DNA of 64,000 bases, taken from the NCBI RefSeq assembly GCF_006345805.1, contig NC_043001.1, positions 51,894,001 through 51,958,000 on the forward strand, in the 5' to 3' direction. The DNA comes from Octopus sinensis. Lineage: Eukaryota. Both the position numbers and the translations under genes were made by a program. Positions 56,001 to 64,000 of the stretch are shown in pieces; the first letter of the stretch is position 1, and each line of letters starts with the position of its first letter. The notes beneath the pieces are model-generated. The model was not told the DNA's origin, made no database searches, and saw only the letters and a list, made by a program, of their open reading frames with translations.

Positions 56001-56554
56001 TATCTGGAAATACAATGAAAGGATGGTTACGACTGGAGCGTCTTTTGTTATATATAGATCAGAGTTCATTCGGGGCTAAACAACAATAACTACTCAAAGT
56101 ATATTACTGGTGAACTCTTGGTGACCTACGTTCTAGTCACCATTTTTATTTGTAGTTATTTCATTTCAATTCGATCACTAATGCACTTGGAAAAACATGA
56201 CCGTTCTAACACTTATTTGACCTCTCTCTCTCGATTGATAGATACGGCTAATACATATATGGTCTGGGTGTCTGTTGGTATTGATTAGACTGTATGTAAA
56301 CTAAATCAAATAGCTTATCAGTTTAACAGATCGATAAGTATTTATGATGTTTTCGCAACATTTCCTCCTCCTCTCTCCACGTACGTATGTGTATATATGA
56401 TTATGTGTATATGTGTGTGTGAGAGAGTATGCTCGCACGCGCGCACATATATACTTACATATATTTATATTCATTTGTATATATGTATGTATGTATGTAG
56501 TATGTATGTATGTATGTATGTATGTATGTATGTATGTATGTGTATGTATGTATG

Positions 56555-56673
<119 letters not shown>

Positions 56674-56860
56674 GTTTGTATGTAATTATTATTTTTACGA
56701 GGAAAAGTCTGGCAGTTAGTTCAGTTTCGGCTTAGTAACCTTCATGTATATAACTTTACTTCATAACAAATGTGAGACTGAGTACTTATTTCCAGCATTC
56801 ATGTGAGCACGAAGGGATGAGAAATATGCAGAATAGTGTTTCTGAGTCCCATAATATTTA

Positions 56861-56912
56861 AGAGATATTTGGTTGATTTAATATGTAGAGATATTTGGTT
56901 GATTTAATATGT
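56861..56912. repeat. Perfect 26-bp tandem duplication
   Basis: agagatatttggttgatttaatatgt x2. Confidence 0.95.
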
Positions 56913-57141
56913 AAAGTTCTTTGATATTAAATTTTCTCAATCAGGACTAATCTGAGGCTAAACAAAGCAGCAACTCACAAAATGGACTCATGAACTTTTT
57001 ATTTTTGCATAGCATGGCCAAGGCAGTGCTCTATCATAGCCAAGGTGTTCCGGCTTGGCTGCAGTCAAATGACTGAAACAAGAGGATATGGTATGGAAAC
57101 AGTGTAAAAAGACCCATTTGCTGGTGTGCTCCCACAATGTA

Positions 57142-57447
57142 TTTATTTATTTATGCGCCCTTTTGAAGCCTAGCCAGGCTCATGGGCCCGGTTTCCCGGT
57201 TTCTGTGGTGTATGTGTTCCCCCCAGCTGGATGGGACGCCAGACCATCGCAGCGAACTCAAGAAACAGGAGGAGAGAGTGAGAGAAAGTTGGGGCGAAAG
57301 AGTATAACAGGGGTCGCCATTATCCCCTACAGGAGGCTCGTGGAGCTTTAGGTATTTTCGCTCAATAAACACACACAACGCCCGGTCTGGGAATCGAAAC
57401 CGCGATCCTCCGACCGCTGCTCTAACCACTGGGCCATTGCGCCTCCA
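57142..57447 (-). mobile_element. tRNA-derived SINE family 4 with TSD
   Basis: Minus-strand tggcccagtggttagagc..ggtttcgattccc; (TAAA)n tail; TSD ctcccacaatgta / ctccgacaatgta (57129-57141, 57448-57460). Confidence 0.85.
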
Positions 57448-57844
57448 CTCCGACAATGTAACGTAAGAATAAATTTTTAAAAAATGAATTAGAAACAGCA
57501 CTAGTTTTGTAAGCATTATCGAACACCTATTTAGTGTATGTGTTGTGCTTGTTTACCGGTAGGCTGTTATATCGCGCGGTGAAGGTGACTTCATCATTTG
57601 TATATAGTCATGGACTGGCTATTCAGTTCGTTTCCATTTCGGTTCAGGTCGGTGATGTTAATAAGCCACAAAAACGGTTTTTTAAGACACGCAACACGCA
57701 CTCGCAAAAACATAACCATTTACATTCTTACACACGCAAACATATACAGTATCACATATGAATATACTTTTATATTCATAAATCTGCCATATTTTCTTTT
57801 ATAAATTTCTTGGAAAAGATACTGGCTATCGTTAGTTTTTCCAC

Positions 57845-58065
57845 AAATATGGGTTTCAAATTTTGGTAGAAGGCCAGCACGTTTGAGGCAGGAGGTCAAG
57901 TCGAATACACCGACCCTAATACGCAATGACTACTTATTTTATCGATCCCGAAAGGATCAAAGACAAAGGCTAGCTTAGCGAAATTTGAACTCAGATCGTA
58001 AAGACATAAGAAATGTTACCAAGGATTTTTCCTCGCGTGCCAACGATTCTGCCAGCTCGCCGCTC
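57845..58065 (-). mobile_element. SINE family 1 (tail C)
   Basis: Head ...ctgccagctcgccgc and core homology. Confidence 0.75.
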
Positions 58066-58423
58066 TCATTTCCCCCGATAGATATTAATTCATATAAAAT
58101 TGTTACATGTTCTCAGTTAGGAAGATAGTTCAAGTTGTGTTTAATAAATATTTAAGGAAGCAACGCCATATTCCCTAAAATATATAATTTGAATGAATAT
58201 TTATTCTCAAATTTTATTTTTTCTTTTGTATTTGTTTGTGAATACATTTTCCGGGATTGTATAGTAATATATGTAATTACTTCAAATAAATTTAATTTTA
58301 TAACCAGTGTTTTCAATGCCTATTGCAGATTTCTAGAATGTATACAATACTCTTGGACTTTCAAAGACTGTTGAAAACATCAGAAAAAAATAAGTTGGTA
58401 CGTATTTATATAGTATGCTTATG

Positions 58424-61094
58424 GGTTAACGTTTACAAGTACACCGGCACGCAAAAATCGACCATTTAAAAAAAAATTTTCAGCGGATTCTTATGTTTTC
58501 GATGACGGAGATTCTGAATATACCAACATCCATGTTTTCAAAATTTTTAATTTCCCCTTCCCCGCCCCAAAGTTTTAGATTTTAACTTTTCCTCGAATTT
58601 TACTTTTAATCTACGTGGAAAAATATGGATATTAAGAATATGGGGAAAAAGTTAATTTCAAATTTTCAATGAGAAAACTCCAAAATTGATTCATACTTCC
58701 CTTGCAACCCCATCCCGTTGCCTCAAAGTGAAAACGAACGGCTTGTGTGCTTGTGTGTGCGCGTGCGAATGTACAAAGAAAATACACTGAAATATATTTT
58801 TCATACCTGTCGTATACGTCGGTTTTGCTTTTTCGCTTTAAAGGTAAACGGTCCTGATAGAAGCAAACGCTATATTCAATAATATGCTTGTATTCTTCAT
58901 TCAGAAAGAATAAAAAATTCATAAGACTTCGTCCACGTGTACCCGCGTGCAGGTGTCTGTTGGGCGGGGAAATTGCGCAAGAAAAACATTTACGGAAAGG
59001 TATTGATAAAAATTCTATGAAAATAAGTTATCTTTATATGCCAAATTTGCAATTCTCCACATAAATGATAGGAAAATGGGTATTGAAATTAAAGTTTTAA
59101 CGTTTTTGGGAACAACATACTCTCTCTTCTCATTAAATATTGAAAAAGAGAGAAAATAAATGATAACGTATGAGTCAATGAATATGCTTTATAGCTGTGT
59201 ATTATGAAAACGTGTGGTGTTGTGTTATTTCTGTGAACTGCAAATAAATGTGTTATGTATGCTTTAAAAGATATTAATCAAATTATTTTTGTGCATATTC
59301 TTTCGTGTCTTCAGGAACCTGGATATAATATTGCAGCTTCCACAAGAAATTTATGACGTCGCTGGGTTGGTGATGAGACAGCCCGTAAGAAAAGGAACCG
59401 AATGACGTACTGCTTCAGGTACTCAGGCCTCATTCCAGATCGAATAATGCTCTTCTTGAAAGTTCCCCATAAACGCTCAATATTTTGAGTGTGAACAGAT
59501 GGTTTGATGGGATCAACAAAATGCTGACCATAGTTCACTAGATAGTGCGTATAGACCAGGTTGTTGAGGTTACTACAGGCACGCGAACAGTTGCTATAAA
59601 TAATTGACGCCTGCCTGATGTAACGGGTAACGAGTGCAGTCAGAATCCCAGCATCTCGTCTGTCGGCCTCTCCACACTCGTTTTACAGTGGAACTATGAA
59701 TGCCTTCTTACTTAACCGTTCCAGTCCGCCAAAAGCCAAACCGTTTTCACAATCCTGATGCGTTAGTATTTCCGACGGATCCAAAACCGTCTCATCAATT
59801 TCTACTTCAATTCTCGGTCCTCAGATGCCAATTTGGTGGTTTTCTGCCCCAAACTGGCAGACCTCCGAACAGAAAGACCACCAATCTACGGAGGTTTTAT
59901 GGCAGAATACGAAGTTTCCCTCTATTGATTTGTGTGACGAAGCTGCGCCGAGGAAGTGGTTCAGGAAAAAGTAAAACTTAGCAAGGCAGAAGATAATCGC
60001 CTTTCAGAAAGGTGTCCTTAAACGTAGACATGGAATATACACATTCCCTTCTAGACAGTCCACGTCGCCGGATCACCTTATGGCAGCGCCATATGTTTGT
60101 CCCTTGTCGCAAAATGCACGGGGTATTGCAATTCGGACAATCTCGTGTACGCAGCAGGAGGCCGTGTTCGGCTAAAAATGCAATAGAGGCATCAACACTG
60201 CCATGGAAAGGGAGCATGCCTTCATATAGACTGACATTGCAAGAGTTGCAAAGAGCCATGCTGTTGTATCAGGTCTTCAAATTCAAGGGTGTAAATGAAA
60301 TGTGAATAAATATTAGTGTGAATCGGGATTCTTTCACTTGTAGGGCAATCTTCCGTTTTGTACTCGAAGGCGACAGCATTCGGTAAATTCTGTAAATTCA
60401 CTGAACCAGCATTTAAAACCCACTTTCCTATCATTTATGTGGAGAATTGCAAATATGGCATATAAAGATAACTTATTTTCACAGAATTTTTTTCAATACC
60501 TTTCCGTAAATGTTCTTCTTGCGCAATCCCCCCTTACACACACATACACCTGCACGCAGATACACATGAACGAAGTCTTATGAAGTTTTATTCTTTCTGA
60601 AAGAAGAACACAAACATATTATTGAATATCGTGTTTGCTTTCATCAGGACCGTTTACCTTTAAAGTGAAAAAGCAAAACCGATGTATGTAAAACCGACAG
60701 GTATGTAAAACATAATTCGGTGTATTTTTCTGTACATTCGCACGAGCACATACAAACAAGCCGTTCATTTTAATTTTTGCACTGCTGGATGGGGTTGCGA
60801 GGGGAGTATGAATCAATTTTGGAGTTTTCTCATAGAAAATTTGAAATTAACTTTTTTTTCCCATATTCTTAATCTCTCTATTTTTCCGCGTATACCGAAA
60901 AAAAGAAAAAAAATTGAAAAAAGTCAAAATCTAAAAATTTGGGGTAGAGAGGGGGAAATTAAAAATTTTGAAAACATGGATTTTGGCATATTCAAAATCT
61001 CCGTCATCGAAAATATAGGAATCCGCTGAAAAAGTAAAAGAAAAAAAAAAAAAGGTCGATTTTTTGCGTGCCGGTATACTTGTAAATATTAACC
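58424..61094 (-). mobile_element. Merlin (IS1595/ISXO2-like) DNA transposon with very long TIRs
   Basis: Termini ggttaacgtttacaagtacaccggcacg / cgtgccggtatacttgtaaatattaacc. TIRs align by eye over ~58424-59080 and ~60419-61094. 8-bp TSD tgcttatg (58416-58423) / tccttatg (61095-61102), 1 mismatch. Internal transposase remnant. Confidence 0.9.
59311..60259 (-). pseudogene. Merlin/ISXO2-like DDE transposase pseudogene
   Basis: N-terminal CPNC..WRC..C zinc ribbon, WWSFCSEVC, VEIDET, GGLER, FVDP..VHTQNIERLWGTFKK; interrupted by stops and frameshifts. Confidence 0.88.
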
Positions 61095-62050
61095 TCCTTA
61101 TGTAAATATATAGTATCTTTCCAAAACAAAGTTTGTTTACATATGTTATTGCATTCTAAAATAGCTATGATATTTAGTGCTAAATTTGACGGCAACTTCT
61201 ACTAACGGGCAGTTTAGCTTCATAGTAGTGTACTCAACCGGCATATGTGAGGTGTGGGCTCGAGTCCGAGGGCTGTCTGTTGACAATTCCTTTTTCCGTC
61301 TTACAAGGGTAAAATTCCTATCTTTTTGCTGTCTTCACGGCTATACTGCGTTAGAAATACTACCTTCTTGTCTGTATAATATAGTATCCTTATTATTATT
61401 TACTTGATTCTGTTTGTCTCAGCTAAAAAAAGAAAAACAAAACTATTTTCAATAAACAAGGCATTTATTGATTTATGCGAGAGCTAACCACGTTTTTATA
61501 TACCTTACAAATGATATGCACAAAACGTTTTTTAATCTAATGCAGTTTCAAGTGAATATATTAATTTATGTAAATGGCCTGAAACTGCGGAACTTCAATC
61601 AACAGAATTGCCAATTTGACCTTACACTTTAAACTATAAAATTATTTTTCTGAACAAAACTCTCTTCCAATAGTTAACAGAGAAGTTTAGAATCAGAAGG
61701 AAATTTTTCGATTGAGATCAAGTCGATAAAAAGATTGACAAAATATTCTGGGTGTTTCTCTGAAGTCTGTTTTCCCAACTTTAAAGCTTTTACTGTGGAA
61801 CTAACAAGTGATCATACGCGTGGTTTGGTCCTATTGGTCAGCTGTCGTAGGGGAGACAATCCTCTCTAGCTTAAGTTAATGCTGGGCTGGAAGTTAGAAT
61901 TTTAAATCATAAAAAAAGGCGCGCAGATTATTTGATACTTTTTAAAAACATTCTTAAGCTATTAAATTTTTCAATCGTTGGTAGCTATATAAAGTCATTT
62001 CATCCTTGTTTAGAATTGTCAGCACTGCATAACGTGAAGCAGATAAATTA

Positions 62051-62551
62051 CCGTAAATCCTCGAGTATAGTCCACTCTTGAGTATAATACGCAGAGGATT
62101 TTTTAGGGGGCTGTACTTCTGCAAAACCTAAACCTTGTGTATAATATGTACCCCTTCTCTAACTTGAGTCGTGCGTAATTAGGCCAGCAGCACCTAGTCG
62201 AACAAACACTTCCGCATATGCGTAATACAATAATGGTGATGTTCTTAACTGTTATATGGGAATGTAAATTTGTTTGCAAATTGTTTTTGTTACATGTTAT
62301 TCTGTGTTCTGAATACATTTATTTTAATAAATGTTGCTTACTGCAAGTTATGGACGATTCTTTTATGACTTCATTGCTTTCAGGCTTAACTTAAGGTATA
62401 TTCGCACCCGACATCACAAAATGCGTCTGAATAAACATTGCCGGACAGCAAATAGAGACTCGGACATTGCTTAGAAAATATTTTTCCTTTTTAACCTCGC
62501 ATATAATACGCACTAGGGCAAAAAATGCGGATTATACTCGAGGATTTACGG
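62051..62551. mobile_element. Tc1/mariner (Tigger/pogo-like) MITE
   Basis: Perfect 19-bp TIR ccgtaaatcctcgagtata; TA at 62049-62050 and 62552-62553. Confidence 0.88.
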
Positions 62552-64000
62552 TACGCTAAATTAAACACTTTCCGAAGTTTAACAATTCTTAGAGAAAGAC
62601 AATAGTTTATAGATTAAAAGGTATTCAGGAGATGCGTTTGTTTTGAATGCTAGTTCTCCGCGTTTTCAATGAGACACTCTATTCTTTGTTTTCGGTTAGA
62701 AATTCTAAAACTTGTAAAATTTTCTGAACATCACGTGACCGATGAGATATCTTATGTTTACGAATAATCATAGTCATTTGAAACTTTGCATTAATTTCAA
62801 ATTTTTGTATCAGCCAGAGTACGATTTACTCATCTTGATTCTTTGATTAAATGTAATTTTTCAGGATTAAATACGATATCCTGCCAATCGAAACTAACAG
62901 TGTAACATCGAAACTAACGCCGTTAAAACAGGTTTCTTCTTTTCATTAGAAATTTGACTTCCGTAGACTAGGCTGCTTGCTGTTACTGTTGCCATCATCT
63001 TTGTACTTGTCGGAAGTACAAACAAACTTGTCGGAAGTTTAAACAATAGTTTTAAAGTAAATATCTACAAACTGGTAAAACGTTTGTCAAACAATAAAGG
63101 TTTTAGTAGCAACTCTATTGCACATAAAAACGTTGCAAAAGTTTCGGGTGATAGATAGGAACACATTTTATAATTTATCGTAGAAATGACTCCATTTTTT
63201 ATGCGTTTAATGAAATGGTGTTTCATGGTCATTACAATGAAAATATCACCTGTAATGATAACATTAAAAAAAACTTTTTAAATACATCTGTACTAATGAC
63301 TCAAAAATAAATAAATAAATAAATAAAGAAAGAAATAATAAATAAAAGATTTCCAACGATATGCATCTTTTATATCTGTTTCGATGCAAAGTAAAATTAT
63401 ATGGCTTACGGAAGAAGTTTTAAAAATGAGAAATCACTCGACAATCAGATAATGGTTTAAACATTTTTTAAATGCGATGGAACTCGTGATGCCACTAACA
63501 ATGAACTATCGTTGTCGTAATGTCTGTAAAAGCGTTTTTCTGTTTGGCTACCAAGATTTCAAAGATCAAAATTTATTGAAAATTTTAAAATTTGGTGTAT
63601 TAATGTAGTTTTCCAAGCTGAATATTTTAAAAAAGTTATAGAGGTTTAAAGATTGATAATTTTCACCCAGTCAAGAAACAGGATTTCGAAGCTGTTATTT
63701 TGTGAAAGTACTGAAAATAGCACGTGTGTTTTTATATGAAATCGTAAAGAAACAAATTACGTACGATGTATAACCCATCATAACTTTTTAATTTTTTGGA
63801 ATTTTCAGAATTTTTTTCGAATTTGCATTCTACACGCGGGAATCCATCCATACGATTATGGCAAAAAGTAAATCTTGAATTCTTTTTCCCGCATCAAAAG
63901 GCGGTAACAGGTTTAGCGTACCATTATTTGGGCTCACGACCTACTTATTCAAATGTCTACTCGAAATTCAACTATATCATCATGGTGAACCATTTTATAT

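Overview
AT-rich (microsatellite-laden) eukaryotic, repeat-dominated window. The SINE and repeat landscape resembles what I recall from octopus (cephalopod) genomes; this species call is inference only. I could not support any host protein-coding gene, rRNA, tRNA or CRISPR array, and most ORFs in the supplied track are translated microsatellites or antisense frames. The window is a stack of mobile DNA. (1) A near-intact R4/Dong-type non-LTR retrotransposon (RT + CCHC + restriction-like endonuclease, 41.5-45.5 kb, one 1-bp frameshift) sits in a (TAA)n-rich tract with older relatives. (2) A Merlin/IS1595-type transposon has ~660-bp TIRs and an 8-bp TSD (58.4-61.1 kb); a second Merlin transposase remnant and two GG-ended MITEs with perfect 8-bp TSDs are also present. 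(3) There are mariner, hAT/Buster, Tigger-type and Helitron-type remnants and an RTE LINE fragment. (4) More than 25 tRNA-derived SINE copies of several families occur. The most notable oddities are an in-frame hAT-mariner transposase junction, a complete minimal hammerhead ribozyme with a compensatory U3-A8 core, SINE arrays with recurrent tail-into-head junctions, and a SINE carrying a Merlin transposase fragment.
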